Under the pieces are notes generated by a model. That model worked only from the letters and a program-made list of their open reading frames with translations, ran no database searches and was not told the origin of the DNA. From a virus (lineage: Duplodnaviria; Heunggongvirae; Uroviricota; Caudoviricetes), in IMG/VR virus record IMGVR_UViG_3300050821_004987, positions 577-64,576 of that record: a stretch of DNA of 64,000 nt; one strand, 5' to 3'. Within the stretch, counting starts at the first letter, position 1. The number at the start of each line of letters is the position of its first letter. Of this stretch, positions 17,801 to 27,154 are shown piece by piece. A program made the position numbers and the translations under genes.

Positions 17801-20115
17801 AAACAGCTAGAGCGCAAGGTCAGACAGTAGCTCCAGTCACACCAGATCAAATTTTCAAATCACTGCAGAAAGCTTCTCAGGACGCCGGAGATAGTCTTGG
17901 CAAACATCTAGAGGCCGCATCTACTTCTGTAGATGATTGGCGAGTAAAGCTAATACAAGCTACGCAAGCTTTGACTGACTTCATAGATAGAGCTACTGGA
18001 GGAAAATCTTCGGGAAATGCAAAAGGTGGAGGTACCGGTTCCGGTCCAGCTACCGCAGCCAATCCATTAGGAACAACAACGTCGTCAGATATGATGATGT
18101 TGACGCCAGCTGAAGTGACAAGTGCTAAAAGTCCAGCAGAAGCTGGGTTAGCTTTATCAGCTGCGTTATCCTCGACAACAGTAGCGGCGTCTTCTCTGCA
18201 AAAGGGCTTTACGAGTCTATTGACAGATTCTCTTGGTAATAATGGCTTGTTGGGATTCTTTAAGAATCTGGGAAAGAACACACAAGCCGCTTCCGACGAC
18301 TTGAGTAATTTCGCCGACTCGATTAGTTCGATTGGTAGTGAAGTTGGCGGACTAGTTTCAGCTGCGAAAGGAACTGGTGGAGCCTTTGAAGCTGGAATGC
18401 AGGGAATGCAGGCTGGTGGTGGGCTGGGAGGTAGTATAGGTGGGATGTTTGGTCCGATGGGTGCTATGATCGGACAAGGTGTAGGTATGGCAGTCGGAGG
18501 AGTGATCGGTATCTTCTCTGGTAAGGCAAAGACAGAGGCTGAGAAACTAGCGAAACAAATTACAGCACAGTTCAATGCCGTGTTGGTGGAGGTGCAGGCT
18601 GGGACGTTGGGTCTCGGTAATGCTGTCACACAAGAGATTCAGATAATCCAAGAAGCCGTAGATCAGTTGTCTGGGAAAAAAGGAGGGCGTTCCGAGTTAC
18701 AACAGATGCTGCCACAGATGGAGCAGCAACTGGAGGCTTTACAGCAGCAACAACAGCAAGTAATCAAGTCTTTCGATACCACGATGGAGCAGATCAGTGC
18801 ACCAGAAGCCTCCCAAGCATTGGTACAGCCGATCCAAGCGATTATCCAGTCCTATCAGCAATATATCTTGGCTGGTGGAAATGTTGCGACGGCGAATCAA
18901 TTCCTGCAAGCTTCGTTCCAGAACTTAGTCACGCAGGGATTGAATACACTCAACAATGCCGAGCAGTCGGCAGTAAATAATGCGCTGAACTACAACAATC
19001 TTCTGCTACAGAGACAGCAGCTGATTCAGAGTACGAACCAACAGATTCAAGATGTAATGTCGCAGGGTGTCGCTGTCCAACAGATGCCAGAGGGTGTGCA
19101 GAAAGCACAAGAGTTGGAACAGATTCAGATCAATTCTCAGAATCAGATGGATCAGTTGGATCAACAGATAGCCGTTTCAAATCACCAGTTGCAAAATGAA
19201 CAGAAGATATTCCAGTTGGCGACGACAAGGGTCGGCTTGGAGACACAGTTGGTTCAGTTGCAAGACGCCCAGTTAGATCAACAAGATGCTTCGACGGCTG
19301 CTTTGATGCAGGAAGTGGCTGCTTTCTCTGGGGCTACGCCGACGAATCTTCCGACAGCTTTGAATATGATCGGGCTTGGTGGGCAGTATATCAATCCATC
19401 GACAGAGCCTGGATTGATGCCAACGCCTCCTGTTCCTACGGGTATTGCGGCGATTGATGAACAGAATGAACTCCAGTACCAGCAAGCGTTGGCTTACTAC
19501 AATCAGCAGGCAAATTTGAGTGGATCGGCCACGATTGGCTCGACGACTGGAAATATCATCGGTGGAGCGCAAGGAGTTACTCCGGCCGGGTCGTCAGATA
19601 CAGCTCTCACCGCTTCGTTTCAGACGCTGGGAAGTAATCTAGATGCGCTGGCTTCTAATCTAACAGCCTTTCCAGCAGCGTTACAGACAGCGCTGACGAC
19701 GATGTTTACCAGTCCGACGACAATCTTAAATGTCGGCGGCGCTCTGTTGACCAGCATAGCCTCAGCGCTCGGTGCTGCAGTGACGACGACGAGTGGGGCT
19801 GCTGCTGCGAGTATCGGACAATCTTCCAGCACTTTGGTAGCTTCGACAGCGACGAGACAAGCGATAGAGCAGAATATCAGTACGCTGTCATCAACGAGAG
19901 TCCAGAATGAAACGCAGTTGGTCAATTTGAAGATGCAAGAGATAGCAGCAGACATGGAAAGAATTAAGGCTTGGTCCACTCTGTTGAACTCTCCAACTGT
20001 GACCGGAACGAATTCACAGACGTTGGAAGATATGATGAACAGTTTGTACCAAACAAGATCGCGCCAAGGCTTTGGAGGTTTCCAAGGAGAAATTAATAAT
20101 CCAACGCCTATCTGA
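14890..20115 (+). CDS. Tape measure protein
   Basis: 1741 aa, helical Ala/Gln/Lys-rich with Gly-rich hydrophobic segments; follows chaperones. Confidence 0.92.
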   Translation: MPGPTVKEILLKWGIDNSNWKKAIGELAQLLEKTNKDSAKAQSQAASRLEAQKAKLKEVVAARKSETEEINKQIGQLKVQAATAGAVKAEAVSKLAAEKAASAEAGKQAALQKTLQTIQKTLQQEVYTKLMNEKLVTAEINRQNAALRLQTAQQRAASGAGGRGGAGGGGGGAGGGFLGGLFGGLGSKFGGTLTTGVAAGELLAHTIEGLIQKITTFIKDSGPLEQVRQQFEKLAQIKGLDSVKFIDDLRKATHNLVNDIDLYRIANKFMQSGIKASEPDIIKLTQATVGLARAQGRDATQALNALSMGLATGRFQRLAYITGLTREELTVRGLSATMSAAQRNQAQFDRALSQITKRYQEFGEPALTVTDLLRQMDVISNRLFEAFGRGIVQSRGMAVAFQFLQEIMTELNSGEGGVATLGQKFGDALIVFVEVAKALGSIATTSADLWKKLVETFAPKTISDDFISRLTTLTGLLKTAAGAAVLVKGTFREMALRAEYTGKEAKVVGQQDYKRLGSLVGIPGPAGGYHGVADLHTEFDAKLEKINEEQDKELAALEALFKASQKPTESGATGIGKPGAQTPEEVIALERQQRQLALKGKEADAKIELALEKGKLEQLKQANEEFYDAGLESLQDYIQKKKDLQQRELQDTLKEIADEAKAKQQALTLQSQEEFMDPKSLAMSRANIAKEAQQKEIDARNATQRALSALDMKGITDQLAARKKLADTIDALEKAQIERSRQNTEEEFKQGEIGAQEYLDKRIQYIEEDYEATKTAEQKKLEENKNSETAKEEFAQKMAKAAEDREKALTTLALNEIDIRTKATEQSYDRAQKLIEGQLQYQQSLNKTTDFGGGRQEEQALIQEQIELLRSRLEEEAKSLKLTQEGSEAWFQQLEKIQSTKEALVKYNEELAKSQEWASGVASALKEMSQAAATFPKIGAQRVSKGLDTLAKGLEEQEQARQRIAQRKAAQTARAQGQTVAPVTPDQIFKSLQKASQDAGDSLGKHLEAASTSVDDWRVKLIQATQALTDFIDRATGGKSSGNAKGGGTGSGPATAANPLGTTTSSDMMMLTPAEVTSAKSPAEAGLALSAALSSTTVAASSLQKGFTSLLTDSLGNNGLLGFFKNLGKNTQAASDDLSNFADSISSIGSEVGGLVSAAKGTGGAFEAGMQGMQAGGGLGGSIGGMFGPMGAMIGQGVGMAVGGVIGIFSGKAKTEAEKLAKQITAQFNAVLVEVQAGTLGLGNAVTQEIQIIQEAVDQLSGKKGGRSELQQMLPQMEQQLEALQQQQQQVIKSFDTTMEQISAPEASQALVQPIQAIIQSYQQYILAGGNVATANQFLQASFQNLVTQGLNTLNNAEQSAVNNALNYNNLLLQRQQLIQSTNQQIQDVMSQGVAVQQMPEGVQKAQELEQIQINSQNQMDQLDQQIAVSNHQLQNEQKIFQLATTRVGLETQLVQLQDAQLDQQDASTAALMQEVAAFSGATPTNLPTALNMIGLGGQYINPSTEPGLMPTPPVPTGIAAIDEQNELQYQQALAYYNQQANLSGSATIGSTTGNIIGGAQGVTPAGSSDTALTASFQTLGSNLDALASNLTAFPAALQTALTTMFTSPTTILNVGGALLTSIASALGAAVTTTSGAAAASIGQSSSTLVASTATRQAIEQNISTLSSTRVQNETQLVNLKMQEIAADMERIKAWSTLLNSPTVTGTNSQTLEDMMNSLYQTRSRQGFGGFQGEINNPTPI

Positions 20116-20146
20116 TTCTATTATAATTGCTGTAGAGGTTTTTCCT

Positions 20147-20908
20147 ATGCTATGTCGTTGTGGGTGTGGACAAAATACGAGTGGTCCAACTAGAAAATTT
20201 TTACCGGGTCATCACATGCGCTTGCAGAAGTATAAGGTTTTGATTGGTGAGCAATCATCGAGGACGGTTAAGGAGTTGTGGGAAGAGGATTCTTATAGAA
20301 CTGCACAAGAGCAGGGTAGGAATTTGAAGTTGAAGAGTAGAGTGATGAAAGAGGTTTGGAAGAGGCCTGGATATCGAGAAAGGGTATCAGCTAGTGTTTC
20401 TGACGGGGTTTCAAAAACATACAGAACGAAGCGTGGGTTGAAAAGAAGAATAGGTCGGGCGACTACAGAACTTTGGAAAGATCTAGAGTATAGAAAGAAG
20501 CAGAAGCTCGCTAGAGAAACACCAGAATATCAACAGAGAATGTCTGAGTCTGGTCGAGAGACAATTTTGAAGAAAAGACCAAAGCCTAATAATTCTGAGA
20601 GGGCGTTGAAAAAGCTTCTAGACAAGAATTTTCCGGGTGAGTTCAGACTAAATGTTAAAGGGCAAGTTACCGTCGGTGGTAAGATCCCGGATTTTGTGAA
20701 TGTGAATGGTAAGAAGGCTTTGGTTGAGCTATTTGGTGTTCATTGGCATTCTGTTATTCCTAAACAGACCAGAGAGGAAGCCGAGAGGGTTCGAAAAAAC
20801 TGCTTTAGGAAGTGGGGCTTCAAGACTTTAGTAGTTTGGGATGATGTTTTAAGAGAGAATCCAGAAATCGTTTTGAAAAGGCTGAAGAGTTTCCTAGAAT
20901 CATGTTAA
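20147..20908 (+). CDS. Free-standing homing-type endonuclease (Vsr/DUF559-like C-terminus)
   Basis: N-terminal CRCGCG...KFLPGH; C-terminal PNNSE...IPDFV...LVELFGVHWH. Confidence 0.8.
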   Translation: MLCRCGCGQNTSGPTRKFLPGHHMRLQKYKVLIGEQSSRTVKELWEEDSYRTAQEQGRNLKLKSRVMKEVWKRPGYRERVSASVSDGVSKTYRTKRGLKRRIGRATTELWKDLEYRKKQKLARETPEYQQRMSESGRETILKKRPKPNNSERALKKLLDKNFPGEFRLNVKGQVTVGGKIPDFVNVNGKKALVELFGVHWHSVIPKQTREEAERVRKNCFRKWGFKTLVVWDDVLRENPEIVLKRLKSFLESC

Positions 20909-23811
20909 AGCTTCTCATCAATAACGGGGACGGCAAAGGAAACGTAGATTACACACACTATGTAATCTCGTCGTCGATCAATATTCAGGATTCACTGAAC
21001 ACACCAGCTTTGTTCAGCTTCACGCTATCGAACGTCGATGGGCAGTTTAAAGCTCCAGTTCGTTCAGCCTACGTCCAGTTTCAAAGTACGATGAGTCCTT
21101 TGTCGGTCTCTGGTGCGAATATAATCACAGGCTTCGTTACAAACTCCCCTCAGTGGAGATTCATTGGCGTTGGTCCAAGAGCTTCTGCACAACGTTTCCA
21201 GCATTACGAGTTGGATATAAAGGTTACATCGGACGAGTACTTGTTGAACATGAAGTCGGTTCCGTTTGTGGCTGCTTATGTCAATCAGACGATGGGTCAG
21301 ATACTGGCGAACATAGCCGAGTCAATAGCTCCGGGATACTTCGACTTGTCCGGCATTCAGGATGCAGATATCGTTCCGTTCTATTCCTACGATCCAACAC
21401 AGACATGGTCGGATGTGGCGAAAGCGTTCGGGGATCAGTCGCAGTATCACTACTATTCGCTGGGAAAGAAAATCTACTTCGTTCCTTACGGTGACCAGCC
21501 GCTTGGGATAACCTACAACGAAGTCACACAGACACAAGAGCAGTTCGTACCCGGTGCTCTGAACACGGGTGTGCTGGCTGTTCCGATTGTGAATGATTGC
21601 ATTTGTATCGGAGACGTCGAACCACAGCAGTGTCGGGATGACTATTTCGTAGGAGATGGGTTTACGGGTAGCTTCCCGTTGAAGTATTCCATGTTTCACG
21701 GGGAGAACGATATCGTACTCCAGGACGACTGGACAGAGAATCAGTTCAATACGTCGCTGTGGAGCGTGCAAGATCCACTTGGACAATTCTTACTGGCTGG
21801 AGCACTGAACTCGATTGGAGTATCTGGAGCAATCGGGCAGTCTTACATTTTGGCGCAGAGTGGTGTGGAGCTAGGTGGTAGCTTGGTACTCCAACACGGA
21901 GAGTTCCAGTTCAACGATGTCAGCGTTGGAATATTGGGTGGGCTCTATGGTAGTCTCGGTGGTTTGACACAGCAGTTGACGCCACAGAATTGCTTAGCCG
22001 GCTTCGATGTACGGACAGCACCGAATACGACAGTAACGATAACGGCTTCCGGAGCGAACGGTATCCAGATCTCGCCGATGATATCTGGAGCGTTGGTCGG
22101 TACGCCGGTAGTCTCGAAGCAGAATCATCATTACATTTTACAGACGAGTATTTCGGCTAGGTTTGCTACACGATACCAGCCGATCTATAGGAATTTGGCC
22201 GGGACGGTTTTCGGAAATCAGTATCTCCCGTCGGTAGCTGAAGTAACGTTTACGATAACAGACGTAGATTTGGCACAGGCATACAACATAGCTACCTTGA
22301 ACAATCCATTTGTGCCACAGTACACGCCAGCGATCACGACCTACACGAGTTCAGCACAGAATTTGCCTTCTTTTGCTGCGTACGCGATATTGAATTCACA
22401 GTTTTTGAATCTGACATTGAACTACACGCTGGGTTTCCAGTCACCGACAGCTCTGTTGCAGGTTGCGGCCTTGACGGGAGCACAGGTGACGAATCCGATT
22501 GCCTTGACAGGAGGTCAGTTACCGCCCTACGATCCAGACGATCCGCTGTCAATGCCTTTGGGCATTCCGATTGGTCCGTATTATCACTATCCATTAGGCT
22601 TTGGAATGGAGAACGTCACAGCTACGATTGCACAGAATGGGGATACAGATCAGCTGCAGTTCTATTCGATAAGAATACCAGGAGTGGGTGCACGGATACG
22701 TTTTCAAGCCTGGCAGAAAGGGCACGCTGTTTCCAGGATTCAGGATCCTGTTTCTATAGCTCAAGAAGCGTTGATTGTAGGAGACGATGGGCACAGGACT
22801 GCCGTCGTATCGGATTTGTCACCATTACCAAGAACTAGCTACGAGTGCGATTATGCGGCTCAGGCTTACATCACAGACAGAGAAGCGGTGCAGTACGATG
22901 GAGACTACAACGTAGAAAGCTACTTTGCGAATCCATTCAATGACTATCCAAGATCAGGAAGATTTTTCAATGTGACAGCACCACAGAGGGGCTTGAGTGG
23001 GGAGCAGCTGCTGGTCCGGTCGGTTACTACGACGGTGTTGGAGCTGTATCAAGAAATTTTGCAGTACGATGTTTCTTTCGGGCAGGATTTGTACCTAGAG
23101 AAAACGCTGAAGAGATTTTTGCCAGTCAGTCCAGCGAACACATTGACGCCGACTGAGACAGCCATAGCGCCAAATCCACAGAACCTGCCAGTGGGTAGTC
23201 AAGTATTTACGACGTACTTGGATAATCTAGAGAACGCCAAGCTGAGTTTCATCAGTGGTACACAGGTGACGGTAGATCTGGGGGCACCACCGATAACGGG
23301 AGTAGAGGTAAGACGGTCGGATACGGGTTGGGGTTTCAACAAGATTAATGTAATCGGTACATTCACGACACAGAAGTTTACCTTGCCACGCACGCTGTTG
23401 GATCAGACGTGGTATATGAGGATGGTGAACGGGACACAGTCGTCCAGATTTACCAGAGCGTTCCGGGTAAACTATCCGATGGTGCCACAGCCGCCGCCAT
23501 ATGCTTTTGTCTTTCCGGGGGCTTCGATAGGTGGAGTGCAGCTGACTCAGCCAGAGCTTACGGCAGCTTTGCCCTTAACATTCGATAAAAATATCTATGG
23601 CTTGCAAGTAGACACGGGTCCTCTGATATTTCCGAATGGTATCCAAGTTCAAGTAGTCTCGGATCAGGCTGGTGATACGAGAACGGTTTCGGTGCTGGGT
23701 ACAGATGTAAACGGTAAGGCGGTAGTTTCACAGGTGCAGTTGAACGGAACGACACCGGTGGTTGTGCCACAAGTTTTCTACACGTTGACGCAAGCGGACA
23801 TATTGGTTTGA
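20902..23811 (+). CDS. Large tail tip/hub protein
   Basis: 969 aa, beta-rich, after tape measure gene. Confidence 0.65.
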   Translation: MLKLLINNGDGKGNVDYTHYVISSSINIQDSLNTPALFSFTLSNVDGQFKAPVRSAYVQFQSTMSPLSVSGANIITGFVTNSPQWRFIGVGPRASAQRFQHYELDIKVTSDEYLLNMKSVPFVAAYVNQTMGQILANIAESIAPGYFDLSGIQDADIVPFYSYDPTQTWSDVAKAFGDQSQYHYYSLGKKIYFVPYGDQPLGITYNEVTQTQEQFVPGALNTGVLAVPIVNDCICIGDVEPQQCRDDYFVGDGFTGSFPLKYSMFHGENDIVLQDDWTENQFNTSLWSVQDPLGQFLLAGALNSIGVSGAIGQSYILAQSGVELGGSLVLQHGEFQFNDVSVGILGGLYGSLGGLTQQLTPQNCLAGFDVRTAPNTTVTITASGANGIQISPMISGALVGTPVVSKQNHHYILQTSISARFATRYQPIYRNLAGTVFGNQYLPSVAEVTFTITDVDLAQAYNIATLNNPFVPQYTPAITTYTSSAQNLPSFAAYAILNSQFLNLTLNYTLGFQSPTALLQVAALTGAQVTNPIALTGGQLPPYDPDDPLSMPLGIPIGPYYHYPLGFGMENVTATIAQNGDTDQLQFYSIRIPGVGARIRFQAWQKGHAVSRIQDPVSIAQEALIVGDDGHRTAVVSDLSPLPRTSYECDYAAQAYITDREAVQYDGDYNVESYFANPFNDYPRSGRFFNVTAPQRGLSGEQLLVRSVTTTVLELYQEILQYDVSFGQDLYLEKTLKRFLPVSPANTLTPTETAIAPNPQNLPVGSQVFTTYLDNLENAKLSFISGTQVTVDLGAPPITGVEVRRSDTGWGFNKINVIGTFTTQKFTLPRTLLDQTWYMRMVNGTQSSRFTRAFRVNYPMVPQPPPYAFVFPGASIGGVQLTQPELTAALPLTFDKNIYGLQVDTGPLIFPNGIQVQVVSDQAGDTRTVSVLGTDVNGKAVVSQVQLNGTTPVVVPQVFYTLTQADILV

Positions 23812-23812
23812 T

Positions 23813-26464
23813 ATGGCGATAGGAAACGTAACAATCGAGCCAGCAGGCGGGGGAAATGTTCTCGGTGTGATTCAGACATCGGGAGATGGTGTATTCTTTC
23901 CGACCGTTCTTTACCGCTATGCCAATCTGACATTGCCATACAGTCCGAATGATCCTGGATTGACATTTACGTACGATAACTCTTCGCTAGCACCGACAGT
24001 TCTTTTGTACGCCAGATTTTTCAATTTGCTGAATGAAGCTTCACAGACGCCGCTGATCGTGAACGTCGGGACATCGGCTTTCGTAGTGACTGGTGGGCCT
24101 ACGTTTACCGGCTCGACTAGTTGTTTGGATGTCCGGGGTTTTGGTGCGGTAGGAGATGGTGTAACAGATGATACAGCCGCGATTCAGAGAGCTTTGAATC
24201 AGGCGTATCAGAACTACTTGGGAAATCTAACAGCAGCGAATCAACATAACGGAGTACCAGCACAGTTGGTGCAGTCTATTCCTGGTGGTGTGCAGAACGG
24301 TTCTAGTTCTACGTTACTTCTATCTCTGCCTGTTCCAGCTACGAAAGGAAATACGTTTATAGTGGCTTTCAGTGCTTTCGATTACGGAGCAGGTCCAGGC
24401 CATCCAGCGACTCCAGTGGTTTCGGATAATCAAGGGAATGCTTCTTATGCACAAGACTCTGTCATAGCGAACGGGGAAGAATTGTTATATGTGTATCATG
24501 CTCCCGTTGGTGTATCTGCTTTGACGACAGTAAAGATTGTGATACCACAGTTACAGTTCAATTCGTACATTTCTGCAGTCTTGATGGAATGGTCGGGTTT
24601 GTTGTCACCGACTACTGTGGATGGATCCAATAGCGTAGTGGTTCCGACCAGTAATTTTCAAGCACCATCTTTGTCAGCAACGAACGAACCAGATTTGGTA
24701 ATTTACGCGACGGAGCTTAGCTTCGCTCACGGACAAACTCCTACGCCTCCCGGAGATTTCAAGTTCGTAGCAGCTCAGCCAGCTTTTCCACCGAACGGCT
24801 TAAACAGTCAGGTACCAGTGATGGCGGTAGCTTATCAGAATTGGACTGGTAAACAAGGACTGGGAACAGCTTCTGGTGCGAATGAAAATTGGCAGGCACC
24901 GGGTTACGATGGGGTAGCTTCGATGGTGGCTTACAGATTAATGCCAACGACGCCAGCTCCTCCGGGAAAGACAACAGTTTGTATTCCCCAAGGCGTGAGT
25001 TGTATGGTCTCGCCTCAGATAACACTGGATCATAATCTAGGACCGGATAGTTCTGGTTTCAAGTTGCCTTGGGCATCCCAGAACAGTCTTTTTACTTTGC
25101 AATGTCAGCGTTATACTTCGATGGCCTATTCCTTGGTCATGTTTGATGGGATAACGCTAGAGATAGATGGGGCAGTTGTTGCTAATCCGAGTACAAATGC
25201 GGATGTTATTTCTGGTGGCTTGAATGAAGGTGGTGAGTTTGGTTGGGCTTTGTTCATGAATTCGGCTTGGTTGTTGAATACGACATTGGGGACTCAGCTA
25301 ATCAAACCAGATTTAGGAAATTCGGATATTCCATGGAACAGCTACTTAGCTGGACAAGCTTTTAATGAAGGTCCCAGAAATACGGGGTTTAGGATAACTG
25401 GTAGTGGGAAAGTCTATTTGAACGGACAGATTCAAGCGGCTTTGCCAACAGATGTTTTTGATGGTGTGACCCACTGTGGGTTTCCAAACGTCTCTTTGGC
25501 CCGTTTCTACTGTGCTGATAATTCTTCGATAGACGGTATCGAGATTTTGAATCCGTGGGGACTGGCAATTGAATGGGGACACAGCGATAACGTTAGTATA
25601 GATAATCTTTACATTCACGACGCTCCAAATATTCCATCGGCTGAGATAGGATCTACGACAGCCCAGACGACGGGTATCATAGAGATGGACATGCTGCGGA
25701 GTTCAAAGATCACGAACAATAGGATTGTGAACTGTCCTGTTTGTATCGGTACAATAGACTGGGCGGGATTTCAGAATTTAATCATCGGAAATGAATGGAA
25801 CAATTGTTTGGGCGGCTATCAGTATAATGATATGGGAGGAGAATGGCCATGGGTTTTTGGTCCTCCATTGATAAACGGGACCTACCAACCATCGTATCAG
25901 GGAAATACGTATTCAAGCGTGACTCACAACACAGAGATCGCACAGAATACAGCAATAAATTGTGTTACGGCTCCAGCGAGTGTTGAGACGTTTACACAGA
26001 GTCCTCCTGGTCAGGCGGCTATTATCTTAGATTTTGGAAGTGATGGTTTTGGTTTTGAAGCTGGCAGCTGGTTTTTCTTGCCAGCAGGTGGCTTTGTGGA
26101 AGCTTTGTTCGTAACGGGTACGGGATTTCACGATAATATAGCTAGTGGAAGCTCAACAGATATTTTCTTTGGACCGTTGATGGCGTTCAAATCTAATTTG
26201 AATAATGGCACTGGGGGAAGTCCAGTTACGAACGGAACAAATACGGTCACGAATGAAGTACCATCGGGAGTAATAGATGGTACGAATAAGATTTTTACTT
26301 TCGCTCATATACCAGTAGCTGGTAGTTTGGTTTTGCTCTTGAACGGGCTGACAGAAGCTTCTGGGTCAGATTACTTGCCAAACGGAAATCAAATTACGAT
26401 GGTGGTGGCTCCAAATCCGGGTAGTACCCTGACGGGTAGTTATCAGTACCTTGCGGGAAACTGA
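23813..26464 (+). CDS. Tail spike/fibre with pectate-lyase-like beta-helix (putative depolymerase)
   Basis: DVRGFGAVGDGVTDDTAAIQRAL motif; later parallel beta-helix repeats (SIDGIEILNP, SIDNLYIHDAP, KITNNRIVNC). Confidence 0.8.
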   Translation: MAIGNVTIEPAGGGNVLGVIQTSGDGVFFPTVLYRYANLTLPYSPNDPGLTFTYDNSSLAPTVLLYARFFNLLNEASQTPLIVNVGTSAFVVTGGPTFTGSTSCLDVRGFGAVGDGVTDDTAAIQRALNQAYQNYLGNLTAANQHNGVPAQLVQSIPGGVQNGSSSTLLLSLPVPATKGNTFIVAFSAFDYGAGPGHPATPVVSDNQGNASYAQDSVIANGEELLYVYHAPVGVSALTTVKIVIPQLQFNSYISAVLMEWSGLLSPTTVDGSNSVVVPTSNFQAPSLSATNEPDLVIYATELSFAHGQTPTPPGDFKFVAAQPAFPPNGLNSQVPVMAVAYQNWTGKQGLGTASGANENWQAPGYDGVASMVAYRLMPTTPAPPGKTTVCIPQGVSCMVSPQITLDHNLGPDSSGFKLPWASQNSLFTLQCQRYTSMAYSLVMFDGITLEIDGAVVANPSTNADVISGGLNEGGEFGWALFMNSAWLLNTTLGTQLIKPDLGNSDIPWNSYLAGQAFNEGPRNTGFRITGSGKVYLNGQIQAALPTDVFDGVTHCGFPNVSLARFYCADNSSIDGIEILNPWGLAIEWGHSDNVSIDNLYIHDAPNIPSAEIGSTTAQTTGIIEMDMLRSSKITNNRIVNCPVCIGTIDWAGFQNLIIGNEWNNCLGGYQYNDMGGEWPWVFGPPLINGTYQPSYQGNTYSSVTHNTEIAQNTAINCVTAPASVETFTQSPPGQAAIILDFGSDGFGFEAGSWFFLPAGGFVEALFVTGTGFHDNIASGSSTDIFFGPLMAFKSNLNNGTGGSPVTNGTNTVTNEVPSGVIDGTNKIFTFAHIPVAGSLVLLLNGLTEASGSDYLPNGNQITMVVAPNPGSTLTGSYQYLAGN

Positions 26465-26466
26465 GT

Positions 26467-27048
26467 ATGGGACAGAAGATAGACTTAACGAGACAGGTGC
26501 AAGGGATTCTTCCAGAGACGAATGGAGGAGCTGGGCCAAATATTGGTCAGAGGTTTTCTGATGCAGAAGTACCTTCCGGCACGATCAATGGCTCGAATGT
26601 AACTTTTACTTTAGCTCACGCACCGAATCCAGCTTTGAGTTTGCTTTTGTTTCTGGTGGGGACCGGGAGTAGGCTGCTACAGATTCAGGGAATAGACTAC
26701 ACACTGTCGGGAAGTACGATAACGATGTCAGTCGCTCCGACTTCGTCACCAGCAGAATCTTTGATATCTTGGTATCGTTATCTGACTTTCAATTTAGCAC
26801 TATCCTTTTCAGAAGGGCTTGTTTTATCTGATGCAGTTTCTGTAGATGCTCCAGCTGCTAGACTGCCTTTGGGAATGGTAGATCAGATAATATTGGCAGA
26901 CTTTTTGAAGTTTACGATGGGTCCGATAGTTTTCATGGATCAATTGTTGATGTCAGACTCTTTCTCGTTTACGCTTGGGGTGCCATTGACACTCACAGAT
27001 TCCAAGTTCCCGACTATGGGAGATGCTTTTGCCAAAACACTAGCGTAA
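26467..27048 (+). CDS. Minor tail protein sharing a domain with the spike C-terminus
   Basis: EVPSGTINGSNVTFTLAHAP resembles EVPSGVIDGTNKIFTFAHIP of the upstream gene. Confidence 0.65.
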   Translation: MGQKIDLTRQVQGILPETNGGAGPNIGQRFSDAEVPSGTINGSNVTFTLAHAPNPALSLLLFLVGTGSRLLQIQGIDYTLSGSTITMSVAPTSSPAESLISWYRYLTFNLALSFSEGLVLSDAVSVDAPAARLPLGMVDQIILADFLKFTMGPIVFMDQLLMSDSFSFTLGVPLTLTDSKFPTMGDAFAKTLA

Positions 27049-27058
27049 AAGATTTCGC

Positions 27059-27086
27059 TTGCTTTTTGAAAAGTTTTCTGTATAAT
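27059..27086 (+). promoter_or_regulatory. Sigma70-like promoter opening the replication region
   Basis: TTGCTT-N16-TATAAT in the intergenic gap at the tail/replication boundary. Confidence 0.6.
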
Positions 27087-27154
27087 ACCTTCGAGGTCGT
27101 TCGGGCCTCAAACGCGCGCTCCTAAAAAGAAGCAGAATAGAAAGGTCCAAGCAG

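Noticed and set aside
17877-18629. Long minus-strand ORFs (also 4931..5347, 47911..48378, 58889..59452)
   Set aside because: Antisense shadows of low-complexity or biased + strand genes; no motifs or RBS; all credible genes are on the + strand.
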